This document shows, piece by piece, positions 1-13,600 of a stretch of DNA of 64,000 nt (the stretch's first letter is position 1; each line of letters begins with the position of its first letter). Location of the stretch: NCBI GenBank assembly GCA_040954595.2, contig CM082581.2:1790699-1854698 (forward strand). The letters run 5' to 3'. Made by a program: the position numbers and the translations under genes. Under the pieces are notes generated by a model. The model was not told the DNA's origin. It was given only the letters and a program-made list of their open reading frames with translations, and ran no database searches. This DNA is from Balanoglossus misakiensis. Its lineage: Eukaryota > Animalia > Hemichordata.

Positions 1-617
1 GGCAACATACTCTCTATTCCCATTTCTCCCCTCCCAAGAATGGCGGCAACAAATTCTCAGCCATCATTTCTCCCCTCCCGAGAATGGCGGCAACAAACTC
101 TCTGCCATCATTTCTCCCCACCCAAGAATGGCGGCAATAAATTCTCTGCCATCGTTTCTCCCCTCTCAAGAATGGCGGCAACAAATTCTCTGCTCTCATT
201 TCTCCCCTCCCAATAATGGCGGCAATAAACTCTCAGCCGTTATTTCTCCCCTCCCAAGAATGGCGGCAACAAATTCTCTGTTCCCATTTCTCCCCTCCCA
301 AGAATGGCGGCAACAAATTCTCAGCCGTTATTTCTCCCCTCCCAAAAATGGCGGCAACAAATTCTCTGTTCCCATTTCTCCCCTCCCAAGAATGGCGGCA
401 ACAAACTCTCCGCCCTTATTTCTTCCATCCCAAGAATGGCGGCAACAAATTCTCTGCCATCATTTCTCCCTTCCCGAGAATGGCGGCAACAAACTCTCTG
501 CCATCATTTCTCCCCTCCCAAGAATGGCGGCAATAAAATCTCTGCCATCGTTTCTCCCCTTCCAAGAATGGCACCAACAAACTCTCAGCCGTTATTTCTC
601 CCCTCCCGACAATGGCA
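1..617 (-). repeat. 44-bp satellite array, C-rich strand on + (inverted relative to the main array); runs off the window start
   Basis: Tandem units such as TTTCTCCCCTCCCAAGAATGGCGGCAACAAATTCTCTGCCATCA, the reverse complement of the monomer seen from 1620 onward. Confidence 0.97.
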
Positions 618-619
618 GC

Positions 620-975
620 TGTATCACCCCAATATGTAATAATTAACCCAATATGTAATACTAACCCAATATGTAATATCTCCTTCACCCAATATGTAAT
701 ACTAACCCAATATGTAATAACACCTTAACCCAATATGTAATGACACTGCCCCTATGTATTATAATACTAAGATTAATGAAATACACAAAATCAATATGAA
801 ATTATATCTGAATATGAATTAAAATCCTTCCTAAACATGTTTTAAAACTAAACTCAATGTTTTTCATTAACCCAATATGTAATAACACTTTAACCCAATA
901 TGTAATACTAACCCAATATGTAATAACACTTAACCCAATATGTAATGACACTTTAACCCAATATGTAATAACACT
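620..975 (+). repeat. Minisatellite of CCCAATATGTAAT cores (two clusters, about 6 + 5 copies, variable spacers); possibly the subterminal array of a truncated DNA transposon end
   Basis: CCCAATATGTAAT recurs at ~628-741 and ~871-969 with ~18-24 bp periodicity. It begins abruptly (TGTATCA) where the satellite stops. Confidence 0.85.
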
Positions 976-1097
976 CCCCTAATGTGTTTGAATATGTAAA
1001 ATTAACCCAATAGAATTGAAGTAAAACTGAAGTCTTTATAAAAGTAGTGAAATCAAGTTGTGTACGCATGCGTGGCATCTACATATTGTCTCAGATG

Positions 1098-1272
1098 GAA
1101 GCTTCCAGACATATACAGAGAATACCCAGGACACATAATTGACATGGAAAATTTCCAAATTTTAGACAGAGAATCTGATGTATTAATGAAGCCATATACA
1201 TCAGGACACTTCAACCCTCACTTGTAGAGTTGGGGGCAGGGGGGGGGGGGTTACACTTTACCATCCGTGCAC
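1098..1272 (+). pseudogene. Degraded C-terminal fragment of a Penelope-like element GIY-YIG endonuclease
   Basis: Piecewise translation across frameshifts gives EASRHIQ..PGHIIDMENFQILDRESD..EAIYIRTLQPSL..GG.YTLPSV. This resembles the PLE GIY-YIG tail pattern H-x-ID-x-EN-xx-ILDRE...EAIYIR-xxx-PSLN..GG.Y.LP. Confidence 0.7.
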
Positions 1273-1619
1273 ACTACTAGCCCGTCAAAAGTGAAACAGA
1301 TACTGATATTGAACGCCTTACGCGTCAAGTATGCATTTTTCTTAATTTTCAAGTCCAAAAGCGGGAGGGGGGGGTCATCTTAAAAAAAAACTTTTAGGGG
1401 GTTCACATGCTTTTGCCACAAAACTTGTGCTTTTCAGTCCACAAAATTGCAGTTTCGCACCCTTTATTTTACAAAATTTTCTAATCCCCAGCGTACCCCC
1501 GGGGCCCCCACTTCCGGTGATACGGAACAAAAGTGGGGAATTAGCCCGGTGGGTTGCAGTCCCCGGGTGGGTGGATCCGTATACTAACAGCCGATAGTAA
1601 TAGTTTTGCGAAATATTGT

Positions 1620-4600
1620 GGGGAGGGGAGAAATAACGGCTGAGAGTTTGTTGGTGCCATTCTTGGAAGGGGAGAACGATGGCAGAGAATTTATTGCCGC
1701 CATTCTTGGGATGGGAGAAATGATGGCAGAGAGTTTGTTGCCGCCATTCTCGGGAGGGGAGAAATGATGGCAGAGAATTTATTGCCGCCATTATTGGGAG
1801 GGGAGAAATGAGAGCAGAGAATTTGTTGCCGCCATTCTTGGGAGGGGAGAAACGATGGCAGAGAATTTATTGCCGCCATTCTTGGAAGGGGAAAAATGGG
1901 AACAGAGAATTTGTTGCCCCCATTCTTGGGAGGGGAGAAATAACGGCTGAGAATTTGTTGCCGCCATTCTTGGGAGGGGAGAAATGGGAACAGAGAATGT
2001 GTTGCCGCCATTCTTGGGAGGGGAGAAATGGGGGCAGAGAGTAAACTTTATTGCCGCCATTGTCGGGAGGGGAGAAATAACGGCTGAGAGTTTGTTGCTG
2101 CCATTCTTGGCAAGGGAGAAACGATGGCAGAGAATTTATTGCCGCCATTCTTGGGAGGGGAGAAATAAGGGCTGAGAGTAAACTTTGTTGCCGCCATTCT
2201 CGGGAGGGGAAAAATAACGGCTGAGAGTTTGTTGCTGCCATTCTTGGCAAGTGAGAAACGATGGCAGAGAATTTATTGCCGCCATTCTCGGGAGGGAAAA
2301 ATGATGGCAGAGAATTTATTGCCGCCATTCTTGGCAGGGGAGAAACGATGGCAGAAAATTTATTGCCGCCATTCTTGGGAGGGGAGAAATGATGGCAGAG
2401 AGTTTGTTGCCGCCTTTCTCGGGAGGGGAGAAATGATGGCAAAGAATTTATTGTCGCCATTATTGGGAGGGGAGAAATTAGAACAGAGAATTTGTTGCCG
2501 CCATTCTTGGGAGGGGATAAATAACGGCTGAGAATTTGTTGCCGCCATTCACGGGAGGGGAGAAATGATGGCAGGGATTTTATTGCCTCCATCCTTGGGA
2601 GGGGAGAAATATCGGCTGAGAATTTGTTGCCGCCGTTCACGGGAGGGGAGAAATGATGGCAGGGATTTTATTGCCTCCATCCTTGGGAGGGGAGAAATGA
2701 TGGCAGTGAATTTACTGCCGCCATCCTCTGGAGGGGAGAAATGATGGCAGAGAATTTATTGCCGCCATCCATGGGATGGGAGAAATAAGGGCTGAGAGTA
2801 AACTTTGTTGCCGCCATTGTCGGGAGGGAGAAATAACGGCTGAGAGGTTGTTGCTGCCATTCTTGGCAGGGGAGAAACGATGGCAGAAATTTTTTTGCCG
2901 CCATTCTTGGGAGGGGAGAAATGATGGCAGAGAGTTTGTTGCCGCCATTCTCGGGAGGGGAGAAATGATGGCAGAGAATTTATTGCCTCCATCCTTGGGA
3001 GGGGAGAAATGATGGTAGTGAATTTACTGCCGCCATCCTTGGGAGGGGAGAAATGATGGCAGAGAATTTATTGCCGCCATCCTTGGGAGGGGAGAAATAA
3101 GGGCTGAGAGTAAACTTTATTGCCGCCATTCTCGGGAGGGGAAAAATAACGGCTGAGAGTTTGTTGCTGCCATTCTTGGCAAGGGAAAAACGATGTGGCA
3201 GAGAATTTATTGCCGCCATCCTTGGGAGGGGAAAATGATGGCAGAGAATTTATTGCCGCCATTCTTGGGAGGGGAGAAATAACGGCTGAGAGTTTGTTGC
3301 TGCCATTCTTGGCAGGGGAGAAACGATGCCAGAAAATTTATTGCCGCCATTCTTGGGAGGGGAGAAACGATGGCTGAGAGTTTGTTGCCGCCATTCTCGG
3401 GAGGGGAGAAATGATGGCAAAGAATTTATTGTCGCCATTATTGGGAGGGGAGAAATGAGAACAGAGAATTTGTTGCCGCCATTCTTGGGAGGGGATAAAT
3501 AACGGCAGAGAATTTGTTGCCGCCATTCACGGGAGGGGAGAAATGATGGCAGTGAATTTACTGCCGCCATTCTTGGGAGGGGAGAAATGATGGCAGAGAA
3601 TTTATTGCCGCCATTCTTGGGAGGGGAGAAATAACGGCTGAGAATTTGTTGCCGCCATTCTTGGGTGGGGAGAAATGGGAACAGAGAATTTGTTGCCGCC
3701 ATTCTTGGGAGGAGAGAAATGGGGGCAGAGAGTAAACTTTGTTGCCGCCATTGTCGGGAGGGAGAAATAACGGCTGAGAGTTTGTTGCAGCCATTCTCGG
3801 GAGGGGAGAAATGATGGCAGAGAATTTATTGCCTCCATCCTTGGGAGGGGAGAAATGATGGTAGTGAATTTACTGCCGCCATCCTTGGGAGGGGAGAAAT
3901 GATGGCAGAGAATTTATTGCCGCCATCCTTGGGAGGGGAGAAATAAGGGCTGAGAGTAAACTTTATTGCCGCCATTCTCGGGAGGGGAAAAATAACGGCT
4001 GAGAGTTTGTTGCTGCCATTCTTGGCAAGGGAGAAACGATGTGGCAGAGAATTTATTGCCGCCATCCTTGGGAGGGGAAAATGATGGCAGAGAATTTATT
4101 GCCGCCATTCTTGGGAGGGGAGAAATAACGGCTGAGAGTTTGTTGCTGCCATTCTTGGCAGGGGAGAAACGATGCCAGAAAATTTATTGCCGCCATTCTT
4201 GGGAGGGGAGAAACGATGGCTGAGAGTTTGTTGCCGCCATTCTCGGGAGGGGAGAAATGATGGCAAAGAATTTATTGTCGCCATTATTGGGAGGGGAGAA
4301 ATGAGAACAGAGAATTTGTTGCCGCCATTCTTGGGAGGGGATAAATAACGGCAGAGAATTTGTTGCCGCCATTCACGGGAGGGGAGAAATGATGGCAGTG
4401 AATTTACTGCCGCCATTCTTGGGAGGGGAGAAATGATGGCAGAGAATTTATTGCCGCCATTCTTGGGAGGGGAGAAATAACGGCTGAGAATTTGTTGCCG
4501 CCATTCTTGGGTGGGGAGAAATGGGAACAGAGAATTTGTTGCCGCCATTCTTGGGAGGAGAGAAATGGGGGCAGAGAGTAAACTTTGTTGCCGCCATTGT

Positions 4601-7600
4601 CGGGAGGGAGAAATAACGGCTGAGAGTTTGTTGCAGCCATTCTTGGCAGGGGAGAAACGATGGCAGAAAATTTATTGCCGCCATTCTTGGGAGGGGAGAA
4701 ATGATGGCAGAGAGTTTGTTGCCGCCATTCTCGGGAGGGGAGAAATGATGGCAGAGAATGTATTGCCTCCATCCTTGGTAGGGAGAAATGATGGTAGTGA
4801 ATTTACTGCCGCCATCCTTGGGAGGGGAGAAATGATGGCAGAGAATTTATTGCCGCCATCCTTGGGAGGGGAGAAATAAGGGCTGAGAGTAAACTTTTTT
4901 GCCGCCATTCTCGGGAGGGGAAAGATAACGGCTGAGAGTTTGTTGCTGCCATTCTTAGCTAGGGAGAAACGATGGCAGAGAATTTATTGCCGCCATTCTC
5001 GGGAGGGGAAAATGATGGCAGAGAATTTATTGCCGCCATTATTGGGAGGGGAGAAATCAGAGCAGATAATGTGTTGCCGCCATTCTTGGGAGGGGATAAA
5101 TAACGGCTGAGAATTTGTTGCCGCCATTCTTGGGAGGGGAGAAATAACGGCTGAGAATTTGTTGCCGCCATTCTTGGGTGGGGAGAAATGGGAACAGAGA
5201 ATTTGTTGCCGCCATTCTTGGGAGGAGAGAAATGGGGGCAGAGAGTAAACTTTGTTGCCGCCATTGTCGGGAGGGAGAAATAACGGCTGAGAGTTTGTTG
5301 CAGCCATTCTTGGCAGGGGAGAAACGATGGCAGAAAATTTATTGCCGCCATTCTTGGGAGGGGAGAAATGATGGCAGAGAGTTTGTTGCCGCCATTCTCG
5401 GGAGGGGAGAAATGATGGCAGAGAATGTATTGCCTCCATCCTTGGTAGGGAGAAATGATGGTAGTGAATTTACTGCCGCCATCCTTGGGAGGGGAGAAAT
5501 GATGGCAGAGAATTTATTGCCGCCATCCTTGGGAGGGGAGAAATAAGGGCTGAGAGTAAACTTTTTTGCCGCCATTCTCGGGAGGGGAAAGATAACGGCT
5601 GAGAGTTTGTTGCTGCCATTCTTAGCTAGGGAGAAACGATGGCAGAGAATTTATTGCCGCCATTCTCGGGAGGGGAAAATGATGGCAGAGAATTTATTGC
5701 CGCCATTATTGGGAGGGGAGAAATCAGAGCAGATAATGTGTTGCCGCCATTCTTGGGAGGGGATAAATAACGGCTGAGAATTTGTTGCCGCCATTCTCGG
5801 GAGGGGAGAAATGATGGCAGGGAATTTATTGCCGCCCCTTGGGAGGGGAGAAATGATGGCAGTGAATTTATTGCCGCCATCCTTGGGAGGGGAGAAATAA
5901 CGGCTGAGAGTTTGTTGCTGCCATTCTTGGCAGGGGAGAAACGATGGCAGAGAATTTATTGCCGCCATTCTTGGCAGGGGAGAAATGATGGCCGAGAGTT
6001 TGTTGCCGCCATTCTCGGGAGGGGAGAAATTATGGTAGAGAATTTATTGGCGCCATTTTTGGGAGGGGAGAAATGAGAGCAGAGAATTTGTTGCCGCCAT
6101 TCTTGGGAGGGGATAAATAACGGCTGAGAATGTGTTGCCGCCATTCACGGGAGGGGAGAAATGATGGCAGAGAATTTATTGCCGCCATCCTTGGGAGGGG
6201 AGGAATGATGGCAGTGAATTTATTGCCGCCATCCTTGGGAAGGGGAGAAACGATGGCAGAGAATTTATGCTGCCATTCTTGTTAGGGGAGAAATGAGAGC
6301 AGAGAATTTGTTGCCGCCATTCTTGGGAGGGGATAAATAACGGCTGAGAATTTGTTGCCGCCATTCACGGGAGGGGAGAAATGATGGCAGGGAATTTATT
6401 GCCGCCCCTTGGGAGGGGAGAAATGATGGCAGTGAATTTATTGCCGCCATCCTTGGGAGGGGAGAAATAACGGCTGAGAGTCTGTTGCTTCCATTCTTGG
6501 CAGGGGAGAAATGATGGCAGAGAGTTTGTTGCCGCCATTCTAGGGAGGGGAGAAATGATGGCAGAGAATTTATGCTGCCATTCTCGGGAGGGGAGAAATG
6601 ATGGCAGAGAGTTTGTTGCCGCCATTCTCGGGAGGGGAGAAATGGGGGCAGAGAGTAAACTTTGTTGCCGCCATTGTCGGGAGGGGAGAAGTAACGGCTG
6701 AGAGTTTGTTGCTTCCATTCTTGGCAGGGGAGAAATGATGGCAGAGAATTTATTGCCGCCATTATTGGGAGGGGAGAAATGAGAGCAGAGAATTTGTTGC
6801 CGCCATTCTTGGGAGGGGATAAATAACGGCTGAGAATTTGTTGCCGCCATTCACGGGAGGGGAGAAATGATGGCAGGGAATTTATTGCCGCCCCTTGGGA
6901 GGGGAGAAATGATGGCAGATAATTTATTGCCGCCATTATTGGGAGGGGAGAAATGATGGCAGAGAGTTTGTTGCCGCCATTATTGGGAGGGGAGAAATGA
7001 GAGCAGAGAATTTGTTGCCGCAATTCTTGGGAGGGGAGAAATGATGGCAGGGAATTTATTGCCGCCATCCTTGGGAGGGGAGAAATGATGGCAGTGAATT
7101 TATTGCCGCCATCCTTGGGAGGGGAGAAATAACGGCTGAGAGTTTGTTGCTGCCATTCTTGGCAGGGGAGAAACGATGGCATAGAATTTATTGCCGCCAT
7201 TCTTGGCAGGGGAGAAATGATGGCCGAGAGTTTGTTGCCGCCATTCTCGGGAGGGGAGAAATGATGGCAGAGAATTTATTGGCGCCATTTTTGGGAGGGG
7301 AGAAATGAGAGCAGAGAATTTGTTGCCGCCGTTCTTGGGAGGGGATAAATAACGGCTGAGAATTTCTTGCCGCCATTCACGGGAGGGGAGAAATGATGGC
7401 AGGGAATTTATTGCCGCCCCTTGGGAGGGGAGAAATGATGGCAGTGAATTTATTGCCGCCATCCTTGGGAAGGGAGATATAACGGCTGAGAGTCTGTTGC
7501 TTCCATTCTTGGCAGGGGAGAAATGATGGCAGAGAGTTTGTTGCCGCCATTCTCGGGAGGGGAGAAATGATGGCAGAGAATTTATGCTGCCATTCTTGGG

Positions 7601-10600
7601 AGGGGAGAAATGATGGCAGAGAGTTTGTTGCCGCCATTCTCGGGAGGGGAGAAATGGGGGCAGAGAGTAAACTTTGTTGCCGCCATTGTCGGGAGGGGAG
7701 AAGTAACGGCTGAGAGTTTGTTGCTTCCATTCTTGGCAGGGGAGAAATGATGGCAGAGAATTTATTGCCGCCATTATTGGGAGGGGAGAAATGAGAGCAG
7801 AGAATTTGTTGCCGCCATTCTTGGGAGGGGATAAATAACGGCTGAGAATTTGTTGCCGCCATTCACGGGAGGGGAGAAATGATGGCAGGGGATTTATTGC
7901 CGCCACTTGGGAGGGGAGAAATGATGGCAGTGAATTTATTGCCGCCATCCTTGGGAGGGGAGAAATAACGGCTGAGAGTCTGTTGGTTCCATTCTTGGCA
8001 GGGGAGAAATGATGGCAGAGAGTTTGTTGCCGCCATTCTCAGGAGGGGAGAAATGATGGCAGAGAATTTATTGCCGCCATTCTTGGGAGGGGAGAAATGA
8101 GAGCAGAGAATTTGTTACCGCCATTCTTGGGAGGGGATAAATAACCGTTCGGCTGAGAATTTGTTGCCGCCATTCACGGGAGGGGAGAAATGATGGCAGG
8201 GAATTTATTGCCGCCATCCTTGGGAGGGGAGAAATGATTGCAGTGAATGTATTGCCGCTATCCTTGGGAGGGGAGAAACGATGGCAGAGAGTTTGTTGCT
8301 GCCATTCTTGGCAGGGGAGAAACGATTGCATAGAATTTATTGCCGCCATTCTTGGCAGGGGAGAAATGATGGCCGAGAGTTTGTTGCCGCCATTCTCGGG
8401 AGGGGAGAAATGATGGCAGAGAATTTATTGGCGCCATTTTTGGGAGGGGAGAAATGAGAGCAGAGAATTTGTTGCCGCCATTCTTGGGAGGGGATAAATA
8501 ACGGCTGAGAATGTGTTGCCGCCATTCACGGGAGGGGAGAAATGATGGCAGTGAATTTATTGCCGCCATCCTTGGGAGGGGAGAAATGATGGCAGTGAAT
8601 TTATTGCCGCCATTATTGGGAGTGGAGAAATGATGGCAGAGAGTTTGTTGCCGCCATTATTGGGAGGGGAGAAATGAGAGCAGAGAATTTGTTGCCGCCA
8701 TTCTTGGGAGGGGAGAAATGATGGCAGTGAATTTATTGCCGCCATCCTTGGGAGGGGAGAAATGATGGCAGTGAATTTATTGCCGCCATCCTTGGGAGGG
8801 GAGAAATGATGGCAGTGAATTTATTGCCGCCATTATTGGGAGGGGAGAAATGATGGCAGAGAGTTTGTTGCCGCCATTATTGGGAGGGGAGAAATGAGAG
8901 CAGAGAATTTGTTGCCGCCATTCTTGGGAGGGGAGAAATGATGGCAGTGAATTTATTGCCGCCATCCTTGGGAGGGGAGAAATAACGGCTGAGAGTTTGT
9001 TGCTGCCATTCTTGGGAGGGGAGAAACGATGGCAGAGAGTTTGTTGCCGCCATTCTCGGGAGGGGAGAAATGATGGCAGTGAATTTATTGCCGCCATCCT
9101 TGGGAGGGGAGAAATGATGGCAGTGAATTTATTGCCGCCATCCTTGGGAGGGGAGAAACGATGGCAGAGAGTTTGTTGCCGCCATTCTTGGGAGGGGAGA
9201 AATGAGAGCAGAGAATTTGTTGCCGCCATTCTTGGGAGGGGATAAATAACCGTTCGGCTGAGAATTTGTTGCCGCCATTCACGGGAGGGGAGAAATGATG
9301 GCAGGGAATTTATTGCCGCCATCCTTGGGAGGGGAGAAATGATGGCAGTGAATTTATTGCCGCCATCCTTGGGAGGGGAGAAATGAGAGCAGAGAATTTG
9401 TTGCCGCCATTCTTGGGAGGGGATAAATAACCGTTCGGCTGAGAATTTGTTGCCGCCATTCACGGGAGGGGAGAAATGATGGCAGGGAATTTATTGCCGC
9501 CATTATTGGGAGGGGAGAAACGATTGCATAGAATTTATTGCCGCCATTCTTGGCAGGGGAGAAATGATGGCCGAGAGTTTGTTGCCGCCATTCTCGGGAG
9601 GGGAGAAATGATGGCAGTGAATTTATTGCCGCCATCCTTGGGAGGGGAGAAATGATGGCAGTGAATTTATTGCCGCCATCCTTGGGAGGGGAGAAACGAT
9701 GGCAGAGAGTTTGTTGCCGCCATTCTTGGGAGGGGAGAAATGAGAGCAGAGAATTTGTTGCCGCCATTCTTGGGAGGGGATAAATAACCGTTCGGCTGAG
9801 AATTTGTTGCCGCCATTCACGGGAGGGGAGAAATGATGGCAGGGAATTTATTGCCGCCATCCTTAGGAGGGGAAAAATGATTGCAGTGAATTTATTGCCG
9901 CCATCCTTGGGAGGGGAGAAACGATGGCAGAGAATTTATTGCTGCCATTCTTGGGAGGGGAGAAATGATGGCAGAGAATTTATTGCCGCCATTATTGGGA
10001 GGGGAGAAATGATGGCAGAGAGTTTGTTGCTGCCATTCTTGGCAGGAGAGAAATGAGAGCAGAGAATTTGTTGCCGCCATTCTTGGCAGGGGAGAAATGA
10101 TGGCAGTGAATTTATTGCCGCTATCCTTGGGAGGGGAGAAATGATGGCAGAGAATTTATTGCCGCCATCCTTGGGAGGGGAGAAATAAGGGCTGAGAGTA
10201 AACTTTGTTGCGGCCATTCTCGGGAGGGGAGAAATAACGGCTGAGAGTTTGTTGCTGCCATTCTTGGCAGGGGAGAAACGATGGCAGAGAATTTATTGCC
10301 GCCATTCTTGGCAGGGGAGAAATGATGGCCGAGAGTTTGTTGCCGCCAAACTCGGGAGGGGAGAAATGATGGCAGAGAATTTATTGGCGCCATTTTTGGG
10401 AGGAGAGAAATGAGAGCAGAGAATTTGTTGCCGCCATTCTTGGGAGGGGATAAATAACGGCTGAGAATGTGTTGCCGCCATTCTCGGGAGGGGAGAAATG
10501 ATGGCAGGGAATTTATTGCCGCCATCCTTGGGAGGGGAGAAATGATGGCAGTGAATTTATTGCCGCCATCCTTGGGAGGGGAGAAATGAGAGCAGAGAAT

Positions 10601-13600
10601 TTGTTGCCGCCATTCTTGGGAGGGGATAAATAACCGTTCGGCTGAGAATTTGTTGCCGCCATTCACGGGAGGGGAGAAATGATGGCAGGGAATTTATTGC
10701 CGCCATTATTGGGAGGGGAGAAACGATTGCATAGAATTTATTGCCGCCATTCTTGGCAGGGGAGAAATGATGGCCGAGAGTTTGTTGCCGCCATTCTCGG
10801 GAGGGGAGAAATGATGGCAGTGAATTTATTGCCGCCATCCTTGGGAGGGGAGAAATGATGGCAGTGAATTTATTGCCGCCATCCTTGGGAGGGGAGAAAC
10901 GATGGCAGAGAGTTTGTTGCCGCCATTCTTGGGAGGGGAGAAATGAGAGCAGAGAATTTGTTGCCGCCATTCTTGGGAGGGGATAAATAACCGTTCGGCT
11001 GAGAATTTGTTGCCGCCATTCACGGGAGGGGAGAAATGATGGCAGGGAATTTATTGCCGCCATCCTTAGGAGGGGAAAAATGATTGCAGTGAATTTATTG
11101 CCGCCATCCTTGGGAGGGGAGAAACGATGGCAGAGAATTTATTGCTGCCATTCTTGGGAGGGGAGAAATGATGGCAGAGAATTTATTGCCGCCATTATTG
11201 GGAGGGGAGAAATGATGGCAGAGAGTTTGTTGCTGCCATTCTTGGCAGGAGAGAAATGAGAGCAGAGAATTTGTTGCCGCCATTCTTGGCAGGGGAGAAA
11301 TGATGGCAGTGAATTTATTGCCGCTATCCTTGGGAGGGGAGAAATGATGGCAGAGAATTTATTGCCGCCATCCTTGGGAGGGGAGAAATAAGGGCTGAGA
11401 GTAAACTTTGTTGCGGCCATTCTCGGGAGGGGAGAAATAACGGCTGAGAGTTTGTTGCTGCCATTCTTGGCAGGGGAGAAACGATGGCAGAGAATTTATT
11501 GCCGCCATTCTTGGCAGGGGAGAAATGATGGCCGAGAGTTTGTTGCCGCCAAACTCGGGAGGGGAGAAATGATGGCAGAGAATTTATTGGCGCCATTTTT
11601 GGGAGGAGAGAAATGAGAGCAGAGAATTTGTTGCCGCCATTCTTGGGAGGGGATAAATAACGGCTGAGAATGTGTTGCCGCCATTCTCGGGAGGGGAGAA
11701 ATGATGGCAGGGAATTTATTGCCGCCATCCTTGGGAGGGGAGAAATGATGGCAGTGTATTTATTGCCGCCATCCTTCGGAGGGGAGAAACGATGGCAGAG
11801 AATTTATGCTGCCATTCTTTGGAGGGGAGAAATGATGGCAGAGAGTTTGTTGCCGCCATTCTCGGGAGGGGAGAAATGGGGGCAGAGAGTAAACTTTGTT
11901 GCCGCCATTGTCGGGAGGGGAGAAGTAACGGCTGAGAGTTTGTTACTTCCATTCTTGGCAGGGGAGAAATGATGGCAGAGAATTTAATGCCGCCATTATT
12001 GGGAGGGGAGAAATGAGAGCAGAGAATTTGTTGCCGCCATTCTTGGGAGGGGATAAATAACGGCTGAGAATTTGTTGCCGCCATTCATGGGAGGGGAGAA
12101 ATGATGGCAGGGAATTTATTGCCGCCCCTTGGGAGGGGAGAAATGATGGCAGTGAATTTATTGCCGCCATCCTTGGGAGGGGAGAAATAACGGCTGAGAG
12201 TCTGTTGCTTCCATTCTTGGCAGGGGAGAAATGATGGCAGAGAGTTTGTTGCCGCCATTCTCGGGAGGGGAGAAATGATGGCAGAGAATTTATTGCCGCC
12301 ATTCTTGGGAGGGGAGAAATGAGAGCAGAGAATTTGTTGCCGCCATTCTTGGGAGGGGATAAATAACCGTTCGGCTGAGAATTTGTTGCCGCCATTCACG
12401 GGAGGGGAGAAATGATGGCAGGGAATTTATTGCCGCCATCCTTGGGAGGGGAGAAATGATTGCAGTGAATTTATTGCCGCCATCCTTGGGAGGGGAGAAA
12501 TGATGGCAGAGAATTTATTGCTGCCATTCTTGGGAGGGGAGAAATGATGGCAGAGAATGTATTGCCGCCATTATTGGGAGGGGAGAAATGATGGCAGAGA
12601 GTTTGTTGCCGCCATTATTGGGAGGGGAGAAATGATGGCAGTGAATTTATTGCCGCCATCCTTGTGAGGGGAGAAACGATGGCAGAGAATTTATGCTGCC
12701 ATTCTTTGGAGGGGAGAAATGGTGGCAGAGAGTTTGTTGCCGCCATTCTCGGGAGGGGAGAAATGGGGGCAGAGAGTAAACTTTGTTGCCGCCATTGTCG
12801 GGAGGGGAGAAGTAACGGTTGAGAGTTTGTTGCTTCCATTCTTGGCAGGGGAGAAATGATGGCAGAGAATTTAATGCCGTCATTATTGGGAGGGGAGAAA
12901 TGAGAGCAGAGAATTTGTTGCCGCCATTCTTTGGAGGGGATAAATAACGGCTGAGAATTTGTTGCCGCCATTCATGGGAGGGGAGAAATGATGGCAGGGA
13001 ATTTATTGCCGCCCCTTGGGAGGGGAGAAATGATGGCAGTGAATTTATTGCCGCCATCCTTGGGAGGGGAGAAATAACGGCTGAGAGTCTGTTGCTTCCA
13101 TTCTTGGCAGGGGAGAAATGATGGCAGAGAGTTTGTTGCCGCCATTCTCGGGAGGGGAGAAATGATGGCAGAGAATTTATTGCCGCCATTCTTGGGAGGG
13201 GAGAAATGAGAGCAGAGAATTTGTTGCCGCCATTCTTGAGAGGGGATAAATAACCGTTCGGCTGAGAATTTGTTGCCGCCATTCACGGGAGGGGAGAAAT
13301 GATGGCAGGGAATTTATTGCCGCCATCCTTGGGAGGGGAGAAATGATTGCAGTGAATTTATTGCCGCCATCCTTGGGAGGGGAGAAATGATGGCAGAGAA
13401 TTTATTGCTGCCATTCTTGGGAGGGGAGAAATGATGGCAGAGAATGTATTGCCGCCATTATTGGGAGGGGAGAAATGATGGCAGAGAGTTTGTTGCCGCC
13501 ATTATTGGGAGGGGAGAATGAGAGCAGAGAATTTGTTGCCGCCATTCTTGGGAGGGGAGAAATGATGGCAGTGAATTTATTGCCGCCATCCTTGGGAGGG

